A stretch of 64,000 bases of DNA from a virus. This document shows, piece after piece, positions 28,753 to 38,365 of this stretch. The translations under genes and the position numbers were made by a program. The stretch spans positions 4,547-68,546 of IMG/VR virus record IMGVR_UViG_3300013117_000236; one strand, written 5' to 3'. The stretch's first letter is position 1. Each line of letters begins with the position of its first letter. Under the pieces are notes generated by a model. That model saw nothing but the letters and a program-made list of their open reading frames with translations. It was not told where the DNA came from and searched no databases.

Positions 28753-29708
28753 AAGTATTAGTATTAGGTGGTAATGGATATTTAGGTAATGTACTATGTC
28801 CGAAACTTTATGATGCAGGTCATGAAGTAACTTCAATTGATTTGAATTGGTTTGGGGATTATTTACCTAAAACAATAAATAGTATAGTGGGAGATATAAG
28901 AGACGAGAAACTAATGAAGAAAGAAATAATAAACGCGGATGCTGTAATACATTTAGCGGCTGTTGTAGGACCGGGAATGTGTGATGTTATGCCAAAAACC
29001 GCACAAGAAGTAAATTATGACGCATTTAAGAATATAGTGCCATTAGTAAAGGAACATAAGAAAAAATATCTATATACATCAACTTGTAGTGTTTATGGTT
29101 TCGATGAAGAAAGGTTCTTAGGTGAAGACTCAACTGGGATATTCCCAGTATCACATTATGGAATAGTAAAGGCAAAAGCTGAAAAAATAATAACTGACCA
29201 GTTACCAGATGCTACAGTATTTAGATTAGGTACACTGTACGGATATTCCCCAAGAATGAGATATGATTTAGTTACAAATATATTTATCGCTCAAGGATTA
29301 AATAAAAAAACTATAACAGTACATGGTGGTGAGCAGTGGAGACCGATGGTATGTGTAGAAGATGTTGCAAATGCGTTTGTCTGGTCTTTAGATAGAGACG
29401 TATCAGGACTTTATAATGTAATATATAATAATTACACGATAAAACTACTCGCAGAAATACTATCAGCAAAGTTTGATGTACCATATACTGTTGACCCAAC
29501 AAAGTCTGACGTAAGAAGTACATTTGCCAAAGGTAATAAGTTGAGAGTAAAAGGATTCACCCCAAAGTATGGTCCTTTGCATGTAATTGACAAGATAAGA
29601 GAAAGTGGAACATGGAAAGACTTTGATAAGATTCTCTCTTATAGCAATATTAAAATTGCTAATAGTATAAGGTATAGATATGAAAAAGGAGAGGTTGTAG
29701 TACAATGA
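28749..29708 (+). CDS. NAD-dependent NDP-sugar epimerase/dehydratase
   Basis: GGNGYLG, HLAA, STCSVYG, YGIVK (YxxxK). Confidence 0.92.
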   Translation: MKVLVLGGNGYLGNVLCPKLYDAGHEVTSIDLNWFGDYLPKTINSIVGDIRDEKLMKKEIINADAVIHLAAVVGPGMCDVMPKTAQEVNYDAFKNIVPLVKEHKKKYLYTSTCSVYGFDEERFLGEDSTGIFPVSHYGIVKAKAEKIITDQLPDATVFRLGTLYGYSPRMRYDLVTNIFIAQGLNKKTITVHGGEQWRPMVCVEDVANAFVWSLDRDVSGLYNVIYNNYTIKLLAEILSAKFDVPYTVDPTKSDVRSTFAKGNKLRVKGFTPKYGPLHVIDKIRESGTWKDFDKILSYSNIKIANSIRYRYEKGEVVVQ

Positions 29709-30463
29709 AAGTACCAACTGTATTAATAACAGGTGCAAGTGGTAAATTGGGTAAAGAAGTAGCTAAACTATTTATTACTCCTTTAACACCTAGTCATAGT
29801 GTGTTACCAATAGATGACCCAATAAAAGTAGATGAATATATACAAAGAGAAAAACCAGACATAGTAATCCATCTTGCCGCGGCAGTTAGTCCACCTAAGT
29901 GTGAAAAGAATAGAGATAATACTTGGAGAACTAATGTAGACGGTACTAGGAATCTAATAGAGGCGTGCAAAGATTATGTACCAAATTGTTATTTTATTTA
30001 TATGAGTACTCCTTGCGAATTTGGTGGAGGAAATGAATATCCAAAAGGAGAATATGATATGTATTTCCCTGATAATTATTATGGTTTTACAAAGTTGATT
30101 AGTTCAATGTTAGTACTTGAAAGTAAATTAAAATCATTAGTGATAAGGGGTAATTTCGTACCTAAAGTAAAGTGGCCTTACCCAAAAGCATTTGTAGATA
30201 GAAAGAGTAATTATCTTTTTGCTCACCAATTAGCAAAAGGAATTAAAGAGGTAATAGATACAGAAATAGAAGGAGTAATACATATAACTGGTAACAAAAT
30301 ATTAACTATGCATGAATTGGCACTTAAGTGTCCTGATTCAAAAAACGTTCAACATTATACATTAGCAGAGTACTATAAAGAAAATCCAGGTGCTTGTAAA
30401 CTAACAAAGAATATGATACTTGCTAATAATAGATGGAAAAGTTATAATATTGACGAGGATTAA
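29705..30463 (+). CDS. RmlD-like NDP-4-keto-sugar reductase
   Basis: TGASGKLG, HLAA, YMST, YGFTK. Confidence 0.85.
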   Translation: MKVPTVLITGASGKLGKEVAKLFITPLTPSHSVLPIDDPIKVDEYIQREKPDIVIHLAAAVSPPKCEKNRDNTWRTNVDGTRNLIEACKDYVPNCYFIYMSTPCEFGGGNEYPKGEYDMYFPDNYYGFTKLISSMLVLESKLKSLVIRGNFVPKVKWPYPKAFVDRKSNYLFAHQLAKGIKEVIDTEIEGVIHITGNKILTMHELALKCPDSKNVQHYTLAEYYKENPGACKLTKNMILANNRWKSYNIDED

Positions 30464-31180
30464 ATGAAAAGATGTAGTGTATTTACAATATGTAGTGAAG
30501 CGTTGGATATGTTAAAATATTCAACTAATATGGCAATTAATAGAGCAGGTACTGATAATTTTGATTTTATAGTTATACTATTTGATGCATCTGATGCAGT
30601 TAAAAGATGGTCACGTGAAAAGGGTTTAAGATGTTTTGAATATCACACTAAAAAAGATTTAAGTTTCATGGCTAATCTAAGAAATTGTTTTAATGAAGGT
30701 TTTATGAGAGGTTTTATGATGAATGAGTATACTGTTCCTATTAATACTGATAATTTATTTTATAATAATTGGTTGGTTAATTTAATGAAATATACTGAAC
30801 AGAATAGGATTGTGAATTGTAAGTTAATCGAGCCAGGTACAGTTCCAACAATACATACATCTAAAAACTTTGGTGAACCAACTGAAGAAAAATTTGATTT
30901 GGAGGAATTTGATGCTTATTGTAAACACATTTACCAAGACAAATTAATACATGAGAAAGATTATGGGAGAAGGTGCGATGCTACTCCATATATTTTACAT
31001 AAAAATACTTTTGCGAAATTCGGTCCTTGGGAATTAGAACCTATAAATGGAGTACCTCCTGATGTATTGTTCTTTGATAGGTGTAAAGCGGGGGGTATAG
31101 ATAATATGAAAAGTTTAGGAGCTATTTCATATCATCATGGAGGCGTAGAGATAAGGAGAAAGAGAGGTTTTTATGGTTAA
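30464..31180 (+). CDS. GT2-like glycosyltransferase
   Basis: INTD motif, KLIEPG..SKNFG shared with 26022..26717. Confidence 0.7.
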   Translation: MKRCSVFTICSEALDMLKYSTNMAINRAGTDNFDFIVILFDASDAVKRWSREKGLRCFEYHTKKDLSFMANLRNCFNEGFMRGFMMNEYTVPINTDNLFYNNWLVNLMKYTEQNRIVNCKLIEPGTVPTIHTSKNFGEPTEEKFDLEEFDAYCKHIYQDKLIHEKDYGRRCDATPYILHKNTFAKFGPWELEPINGVPPDVLFFDRCKAGGIDNMKSLGAISYHHGGVEIRRKRGFYG

Positions 31181-31421
31181 TACGGAAACAATAGGAGAAT
31201 TAATAGATAAGTTAAGTATAGTGAATATTAAAATGTCAAGATGGAACCATCGTAAAATAGAATTACATAATAAGAAGAAACTTGTTCCTGAAGAAAAGGA
31301 TGAGTTGATAAGTATTGATAAACAAATAATGGTTACTAATGAAATGAGAGTTGCTCTAAAGAATAAAATTAATGAGTTTTTTGGGCAAACGAAAGAGGAG
31401 AGAACTTATGAGCACAAATGA
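31173..31421 (+). CDS. small helical protein of a type found in glycosylation loci (DUF6165/DUF4254-like)
   Basis: TIGELIDKLSIVNIK...NEMRVALKNKIN. Confidence 0.55.
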   Translation: MVNTETIGELIDKLSIVNIKMSRWNHRKIELHNKKKLVPEEKDELISIDKQIMVTNEMRVALKNKINEFFGQTKEERTYEHK

Positions 31422-32175
31422 TATGATAAGTGTAATAATGCCATATTGGAGATATAATGGTAAGAGTATAAAATACATGAAAGAGGCATTAGATAGTTTA
31501 GCTAATCAAACTTACAAGAATTTTGAACTTAGATTGTGTTTAGATTGCCCAGATTTAGATACTATTACAGAAGTTCGTAAGTTAATACAGAATTATGATT
31601 TTAAAACATACTTCTCCGTTAGAGATAGTCACAAACCTAGTATCTCACTAACTAGAAATGCAATAATCCCTTCCGCTGAAGGAGATTGGATTGCCTTTTT
31701 AGATGCGGATAATATATGGCATAAGGACTGGTTAGCACAAATGATAGATAGCGCGAGGAAGGTATATCCTGATGCCACATATTCAAGGGCGGCGCCTGAT
31801 TTTAGAACTCTGTCCGAGGGAGAAGCTCAGTTAAAAATGTTTGAGAAATATGATAAAGCATTTGAAGTTATTGATGAGAATCATTTTACATACTATTTAA
31901 ATTGTCCTGCAAACCCGTTATTTGGGGCAGTAATGTTACATAAAGACCACATAGAGAAAATTGGTTTATTTAATGCCGAGTTAGAAATTTATGAGACGAG
32001 TTTGATGATGGCAAAGTTATTTTTGAACTTTAAAGTTCACTTTGTTAAGAAAGCATTTCTGTTTACTAGAATATGGGAAGGGGCAATATCTACTAGGGGA
32101 GGAAATCAGAAATTAGTAGACTTTAAAAAGCTATTTCAAGACAAGGCAAGATTATATAAGGAGAGTTTGAAATGA
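31408..32175 (+). CDS. GT2 glycosyltransferase
   Basis: ISVIMPY, SLANQTYKNFE, WIAFLDAD. Confidence 0.9.
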   Translation: MSTNDMISVIMPYWRYNGKSIKYMKEALDSLANQTYKNFELRLCLDCPDLDTITEVRKLIQNYDFKTYFSVRDSHKPSISLTRNAIIPSAEGDWIAFLDADNIWHKDWLAQMIDSARKVYPDATYSRAAPDFRTLSEGEAQLKMFEKYDKAFEVIDENHFTYYLNCPANPLFGAVMLHKDHIEKIGLFNAELEIYETSLMMAKLFLNFKVHFVKKAFLFTRIWEGAISTRGGNQKLVDFKKLFQDKARLYKESLK

Positions 32176-32936
32176 GTTATCCAACATCAGTATGGATGGA
32201 AACAACGAATATTTGTAATTATAGATGTATGTTTTGTCCACGAGAATTAATAAAAAAAACACAGAAAATTATGAGCTTAGAAGAGTTCAAAGTTATTGCA
32301 GATAAGTTAAAAGAAGCGGGAATAACTATTGGATGTATGAGTGGGTATGGTGAACCGTTACTAGACCCAACATTGTATGATAAATATAAGTATGGTAGAG
32401 AGATTGGAGTATTTAGAGGTATAGTAGGGATAAATACTAATGGTTCATTACTAACGAGAGATAAGTGGGATACTATATTAGAAAATTCTGATTTTTTAAC
32501 AATATCATGTGTTAATACTCATGATGACTATAGATTACTAACAGGTTATAGTTGGACGATTTTTTATAAGAAAGTTACCGAATTTATTATTGAGAGAAAC
32601 ATTAAAAAACCAGAATTCGTAATTAATATTGGATGTAATAAAGTAGAAGGACATGATTTAGATAAAGTTAATAAGGCATTTAGAGGATATAATGTTAATA
32701 TTATAGGTGACCCCGGTATTAAATGGACAAATAGCATAAAAGGACCAACATATTGTGATATGGAAGATGGGCACATGACAATATTAGTTGATGGTACTTG
32801 TACAAATTGTTGCTTTGATTTTAATGGTGAAAATTCGTTTGGTAACATACTAACAGATTCAGTTGAGCAGATAAAGGAAAACTTCACAAAAAAGAAAGAC
32901 TTTCCATTATGTAAGAGGTGTGATTATGTCGGCTAG
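32172..32936 (+). CDS. radical SAM protein with SPASM/twitch domain
   Basis: CNYRCMFC (CxxxCxxC), GEPLL, C-terminal CC..D...GN...CKRC. Confidence 0.92.
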   Translation: MSYPTSVWMETTNICNYRCMFCPRELIKKTQKIMSLEEFKVIADKLKEAGITIGCMSGYGEPLLDPTLYDKYKYGREIGVFRGIVGINTNGSLLTRDKWDTILENSDFLTISCVNTHDDYRLLTGYSWTIFYKKVTEFIIERNIKKPEFVINIGCNKVEGHDLDKVNKAFRGYNVNIIGDPGIKWTNSIKGPTYCDMEDGHMTILVDGTCTNCCFDFNGENSFGNILTDSVEQIKENFTKKKDFPLCKRCDYVG

Positions 32937-34116
32937 AGGTATGAGAGTATTCGTTATAGGAGTACCAAGGTCAGGAACAACTGTAATGTTAGAAGCAATA
33001 TCTCGATACCCAGGATTTAAATTTTATAATCAGAAACTTGAACATTACCCAACTTCACCTGAGGTAGATGCGATTATTAATAGTGGAGTAAATGTTGTAA
33101 TGAAATTGCCCGGAATGTGTTTTGATTTTCCAAAACATTATAGAATGTTTCCAGAAGCAAAATGGATATTAATGACGAGAGAATTGGAAGGTTTAAAAAA
33201 GTCTTATGAAAAGTTTAGTAAGTTTAGAACATTGAAAAACATAACTGTAAAAGGAATGATTGACCCAGAACAGGTAAGGGAGAAGTATATGGCAATGATT
33301 AGTGAGTATGGTAATTATGATAATTGTATGATTGTTTCACTTGAAGATTTTCAAAATAGTAGTGTGGTTGTGATGATTGATGTACTTAAATTCTTAGGAC
33401 TAGAATATAAAATAGATGTAATGAACTTCGTAGATAAGTATGTCGCGAAAGTTGCGCCAAAAGATTATCCTCTCACTGCAAGGTCATTTGAACGCGATAA
33501 TGGAGAGTATATGGAGTTTGAACAAATGGGAGAAGTAGAGGCCCAAAACTTTATGAAAACAAAAGAAGACCAAGAAATAAGGGGAATAATGAGGGAACAT
33601 GTTAGTGGAATAGGTGGTATGGTATTAGATGCTGGTTGTGGTAGAGGTATTGATAGTCAAAGATATCATCATACAAGATATGTTGGTATGGATATATCTC
33701 AACCTTTAATTAGTATAGCAATGAAGAATAATCCAGAACATAATTATGAAGTAGAAGATTTGAGAAGAATACCACATGAAAATAATGAGTTTGATAATGT
33801 AATATGTTTGTCTGTATTTGAACAACTCCATTCAGAAGACGATGCTATATTAGTGTTTAAAGAGTTAATTAGAGTATGTAATAAACAGTTATTAATTGGA
33901 TGGTATGCACAACCACGAGAAATAACTAAAAGCGAAATTAATATTGTAAAAGCTGATGATGTAAATAGAAAAGTATTTCAAAATATATATAGTAATAAAA
34001 GATTTAATGAAGTGATAACAAAAGTTGGTGCTAAACTTGAAGTAATTAATATAGATGAGACATGGGTACTATGGAAGATAAATTTAGAAGGGATTAACAA
34101 GGAGGCGAAAAAATGA
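32920..34116 (+). CDS. sulfotransferase-methyltransferase fusion
   Basis: N-terminal IGVPRSGTT (PAPS-binding loop); C-terminal VLDAGCGRG. Confidence 0.82.
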   Translation: MIMSARGMRVFVIGVPRSGTTVMLEAISRYPGFKFYNQKLEHYPTSPEVDAIINSGVNVVMKLPGMCFDFPKHYRMFPEAKWILMTRELEGLKKSYEKFSKFRTLKNITVKGMIDPEQVREKYMAMISEYGNYDNCMIVSLEDFQNSSVVVMIDVLKFLGLEYKIDVMNFVDKYVAKVAPKDYPLTARSFERDNGEYMEFEQMGEVEAQNFMKTKEDQEIRGIMREHVSGIGGMVLDAGCGRGIDSQRYHHTRYVGMDISQPLISIAMKNNPEHNYEVEDLRRIPHENNEFDNVICLSVFEQLHSEDDAILVFKELIRVCNKQLLIGWYAQPREITKSEINIVKADDVNRKVFQNIYSNKRFNEVITKVGAKLEVINIDETWVLWKINLEGINKEAKK

Positions 34117-34661
34117 AGTATCCTTATAAAGAATTTTTTAGAGGAGTATATGAAAATATGAATAACTTAATAACTAAAGATGATGTTGTAGTCGAAGTAG
34201 GATGTAGGGATGACAGGTGTGTAATTAGTAATAGAATGTTTAATTGCAAGAAATTTATTGGAATTGATAAGGACGATAAGAGAGTATTAAGTGGTATGGA
34301 GTTTATAATTATGGATGCTGTAACTGAGGAGTTGCCAAAGTGTGACATAATGATTACAACTGCATTGATTCAACATTACCCAAAAGAAGACTTACACAAA
34401 ATTATGAAAAATTTATCAATTAATACAAGAAAATACTTAATGTTAACTTGTCCTAATAGAGAAGTTCAACCAAAAGTATATGGAGACCACAAGTACCATC
34501 CTACTATAGGGGAGATAGTAGGAGAGTTAAGTAAGATAGGATTTAAAAGGGAAGTAGTTTACTATCATAGAGATTATATAAATAAAGAGTTTAAACCAAC
34601 GGGAGAATTTATAATGGTTGAAAAGGGAGCATTTACAATAGTTGCAAGGAGGAGAGTATGA
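34113..34661 (+). CDS. SAM-dependent methyltransferase-like protein
   Basis: VVEVGC, FIGID, DIMITTALIQH. Confidence 0.7.
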   Translation: MKYPYKEFFRGVYENMNNLITKDDVVVEVGCRDDRCVISNRMFNCKKFIGIDKDDKRVLSGMEFIIMDAVTEELPKCDIMITTALIQHYPKEDLHKIMKNLSINTRKYLMLTCPNREVQPKVYGDHKYHPTIGEIVGELSKIGFKREVVYYHRDYINKEFKPTGEFIMVEKGAFTIVARRRV

Positions 34662-35254
34662 TATATGAAGACTTTTATCCGATAACTGATGAGTTGGCTT
34701 TAATAACATCTGGTGAAGATTACGAACATTTACAGTGGCTAAAAATAGTTACTTATAAAGTAGGTTCGGATAGTAAGGTAATAATTACTAATGATGTAGC
34801 GTTTAAGAAAGGTACACATATTAGATTGGGAAATATATATAATGGAAAGATAGTTTATAGTGATAATAATGTGATAGAACCATTCAATATTAAAGGAGAA
34901 CAGCCCTTTATGACTAATAGAGGAGTATTATATACCAATGATGGAGGAATATATGAAAAAACATTTTCAGGTATTACAATAAAAGTTATACCAGATATAA
35001 ATAATGTGAAAATAATAGACTTATGGGGAGATATTAAAGAATTAGGTAATCCTTGTGAACATGATGGGTGGATTTACTTCGAGGCAAGGAAAGAACCTGC
35101 GCCTATGGGTTGGCAAATTTGGAAATTTAATATTAAAACTAGTGAAAGGAAGTTAGTAAGAGAATATGGTGCTAATCCTTATGTGTTTCGAGGAAAGTTA
35201 TACTTTAGCAAATGGGATGGAAAGAAATTTGAAACATTAGTGGAGGAACTATGA
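34658..35254 (+). CDS. hypothetical beta-rich protein
   Basis: repeated GNPC..DGWIYFE / ANPYVFRGKLYFS blade-like units. Confidence 0.5.
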   Translation: MIYEDFYPITDELALITSGEDYEHLQWLKIVTYKVGSDSKVIITNDVAFKKGTHIRLGNIYNGKIVYSDNNVIEPFNIKGEQPFMTNRGVLYTNDGGIYEKTFSGITIKVIPDINNVKIIDLWGDIKELGNPCEHDGWIYFEARKEPAPMGWQIWKFNIKTSERKLVREYGANPYVFRGKLYFSKWDGKKFETLVEEL

Positions 35255-35580
35255 AATATTCATTATTCATCGGTAGATGGCAACCCTTTCATGAAGGTCA
35301 TAAGAAAATGATACAAAAAGTAATAGATGAAGGAAAGAAACCTCTTATAGCGATAAGGAATACTCCTATTAATAAAGATAATCCATATACTTTGACAGAG
35401 AGAGTAAGAATGATTGAAAAAGAATTTCCAGAAAACGTTAAAATAGTAATTATACAAGATATAGAAGAAATATGTTATGGAAGAGATGTAGGATATAAAA
35501 TCAGGGAAATAAAACTCGACGAGGAAACTGAGAAAATATCAGGGACGGGGATTAGAAATGATAACGTGGATAACAGGTAA
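35251..35580 (+). CDS. minimal HIGH-family nucleotidyltransferase
   Basis: GRWQPFHEGH and ISGTGIR motifs. Confidence 0.85.
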   Translation: MKYSLFIGRWQPFHEGHKKMIQKVIDEGKKPLIAIRNTPINKDNPYTLTERVRMIEKEFPENVKIVIIQDIEEICYGRDVGYKIREIKLDEETEKISGTGIRNDNVDNR

Positions 35581-35893
35581 TAGTGGAGCAGGTAAAACAA
35601 GATTAGCGAAATCATTACAGGCAAAATACGGTGGAGTAATACTCGATGGTGAAGATATGAGAAGATGTTGGGACGACGTTAGATTTACAAAAGATGATAG
35701 ATGGAAACATAATATAAGAATTGCACAACTTGCCAAAATAATTGATAATCAGGGAATTGATGTTATAGTAGCTACAATTTGTCCTTACAAAGAATTAAGA
35801 GATAGGATTAAAATGATAATAAATTGTAGATTTATATACCTTGATGGTGGTAAGCCGTCAAGTAAGGAGTATCCGTATGAATTGGTTGGGTAA
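35558..35893 (+). CDS. cysC: adenylylsulfate kinase-like protein (short)
   Basis: WITGNSGAGKT, LDGEDMR, FTKDDR..HNIRI, VATICPY. Confidence 0.85.
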   Translation: MITWITGNSGAGKTRLAKSLQAKYGGVILDGEDMRRCWDDVRFTKDDRWKHNIRIAQLAKIIDNQGIDVIVATICPYKELRDRIKMIINCRFIYLDGGKPSSKEYPYELVG

Positions 35894-36404
35894 TGTAGTT
35901 AGTAAACATATAGAACCTGGTGATACTATATTGGATTTAGGATGTGGAGTGATGGGCGCAACGTTAGACACATTAGAATGGAATAATAATTATCCTAATA
36001 GATTAAATAATGTGATAGTTGGTGTTGATATGTATGTCCCTTATTTGAAAAGGATTAAAGATTTAAAAAATATAATTGCATTACGTCTTAACATAAAGGA
36101 CTTAAGTATATTTATGGACAAAAGTTTTGATGTTGTTATGGGATTAGATGTTGTTGAACACGTAAGGGAACCAATCGCATATGAATTAATAAGGGAAATG
36201 GAACGTATAGCACGAAAAAAAGTAATAATTTATACTCCTATAGAATTTAAAGAACAAGATAAACTAAATGCCTGGGAATTGGGTGTTAATGAGTATCAAA
36301 GACATTTCTGTCACATTCCTCCTTACTGGTTTGAAAATAACGGGTATAAGGTTACATTTCCGAAACCAGACGAGAATACATTAGCGGTAAAGGTGATTAA
36401 ATGA
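35877..36404 (+). CDS. SAM-dependent methyltransferase
   Basis: ILDLGCG, SFDVVMGLDVVEH. Confidence 0.88.
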   Translation: MNWLGNVVSKHIEPGDTILDLGCGVMGATLDTLEWNNNYPNRLNNVIVGVDMYVPYLKRIKDLKNIIALRLNIKDLSIFMDKSFDVVMGLDVVEHVREPIAYELIREMERIARKKVIIYTPIEFKEQDKLNAWELGVNEYQRHFCHIPPYWFENNGYKVTFPKPDENTLAVKVIK

Positions 36405-36465
36405 AAGAGTTACGAGTAATAATAGCATAGAAGCGGAAGGAGAATTTTAATAATTAGAGGATAAT

Positions 36466-37164
36466 ATGAGAGTATCAGCAATAATAATGTCTTATAATTC
36501 AGAGAAGTTCATAAGGGAATCTATACAAAGTGTACAGACACAAAGTATAAAACCTTACGAGATAATCGTAATTGATGACGGGTCAACTGACAATACTTTA
36601 AAGATTGCAAATGAGATGGGAATTAAGAAAGTTCATTCACAAAAACATACAGGAAGTATTGGTCAAGTTAGACAAAAAGGAGTTGATATGGCTACAGGAG
36701 ATTATGTAACATTTTTAGCTGCAGATGACGTTTGGCATAAGAGTTTCCTGAAAAGAATAACAACTGATTGGTTACAAGGTACTATAGCATATTGTAACTA
36801 TTTTAGATGTGACGAGAATCTGAATAAATTATTAGAGTATGTTGGTCCTATACCTACTGTAAGTAATATATTGGATTACGCGGAGAGACCTGACATGTTT
36901 ATTAATTTTAGTTCAATACTAATTCCAATGGAAGTATTCGATGAAGTAAAATTTGATAATAGAGCGAGAGTAGGTGAAGATTTAATATTTGTACTAGAAT
37001 GCTTGTTACATAAGTGGAGATTTACTAATGTTAAACATTCAATGACATTTTATAGAGTACATCCAGACCAAAGGACCACTGATTGGACAGAGGATGAAAG
37101 AAAATATTTGATGAATAAAGTAGGAGTGCTAACTCAGCAAATTAAAAAGGAGGTAATATTATGA
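36466..37164 (+). CDS. GT2 glycosyltransferase
   Basis: YNSEKFI, VIDDGSTD, FLAADD, GEDL. Confidence 0.92.
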   Translation: MRVSAIIMSYNSEKFIRESIQSVQTQSIKPYEIIVIDDGSTDNTLKIANEMGIKKVHSQKHTGSIGQVRQKGVDMATGDYVTFLAADDVWHKSFLKRITTDWLQGTIAYCNYFRCDENLNKLLEYVGPIPTVSNILDYAERPDMFINFSSILIPMEVFDEVKFDNRARVGEDLIFVLECLLHKWRFTNVKHSMTFYRVHPDQRTTDWTEDERKYLMNKVGVLTQQIKKEVIL

Positions 37165-37436
37165 ATATGATAACAATTTTGCAAGAGGCAATAAAACACA
37201 TAGGTAATTGTAAATACAAAGAAGCTACCCAAGTTTTGGAGTTTGCCCTAGAGAAGTTACAAACAACACAAGTAGTCGAAGAAGTTAAAGAAAAACCATA
37301 TGAGAGACTTTCCAAAACAGACCTTATAAATTTGAGTAGAGAAGAACAAATAAAGCTCATAAAGAATTGGGGTGGAATTACAATACCAAAGACCGAAAAA
37401 GATAGAGTAAAGTTACTATTAAAATTGCAGGGATAG
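37161..37436 (+). CDS. hypothetical helical protein
   Basis: GGAGGT RBS; C-terminal helix-extension-helix-like segment. Confidence 0.55.
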   Translation: MNMITILQEAIKHIGNCKYKEATQVLEFALEKLQTTQVVEEVKEKPYERLSKTDLINLSREEQIKLIKNWGGITIPKTEKDRVKLLLKLQG

Positions 37437-37437
37437 A

Positions 37438-38178
37438 ATGAAAATAGTTGGTTTGGTACAATTTTATAATGAAGGAGCAAATGGTAATTTGGAGAGGTGT
37501 ATGAAGAGCTTAAAAAGTTTTTGCGAAGATATTGTATGTTATGATGATGGTAGCACAGATAATAGTTTAGACGTTGCTAAACAGTTTACAGATAACATCA
37601 TAATAAACAAGAAAAGAGATTGGAGAAATGAGTTATCTCATAAAAACGCGATGTTACAAATGGCTCTTAAATTGAAACCTGATTGGTTATTTTGGTTAGA
37701 TGCGGATGAAGAGGTGGCTGCTGACGCAGATATCAAAATGCAGGCGATGGCAGGTGAACAATTAAATGTAGATGGTTGGGCATTTAATGAAGTTAATTTG
37801 TGGAAGAGTAACACATGGTATAGAGTTGATACGGAGTTTGGTAATGGATGGTTTGTGCGATTATGGAGGAATAATGGTAAATTGAATTACACCATTAGAG
37901 AGGGGTTACACTTAACGCCATTTCCTAATGGGTTAAATAAGTTGGCACAGAGTGAAATGAAAGTAATACATTATGGATTTAATACCGTTGAAAAGATAGT
38001 TGATAAGTATAAAGAATATTTAAAACACGATTTAACACACGCGTATTTGAATAGGATAATTAATGAGGGTCAACTAATAGTTAGACCAGTAAAGAAGGAG
38101 TGGTTTAGTAATGATTTCAACTATGAGAACAGGCCAGAGCCGATGGAGATGTTAGTATGGATGCGATTAATAGGTTAG
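37438..38178 (+). CDS. GT2 glycosyltransferase
   Basis: YDDGSTD, WLFWLDADE, IHYG. Confidence 0.88.
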   Translation: MKIVGLVQFYNEGANGNLERCMKSLKSFCEDIVCYDDGSTDNSLDVAKQFTDNIIINKKRDWRNELSHKNAMLQMALKLKPDWLFWLDADEEVAADADIKMQAMAGEQLNVDGWAFNEVNLWKSNTWYRVDTEFGNGWFVRLWRNNGKLNYTIREGLHLTPFPNGLNKLAQSEMKVIHYGFNTVEKIVDKYKEYLKHDLTHAYLNRIINEGQLIVRPVKKEWFSNDFNYENRPEPMEMLVWMRLIG

Positions 38179-38365
38179 TAAGAAAGTTAAGAAAAGTAGG
38201 AAATTTAACAAATAGGCTATATTTAACTAAAGATATCCATCAAATTCTGCAATTTCGGCTGATTTACTCAAGGGTACGAGTAGAACATTTGATTACAAAT
38301 GTGTCTTACAGCTTTATAAATTATATCGCTAATAATAACATTATAAAAGAATTTAAAGGAGAGTT

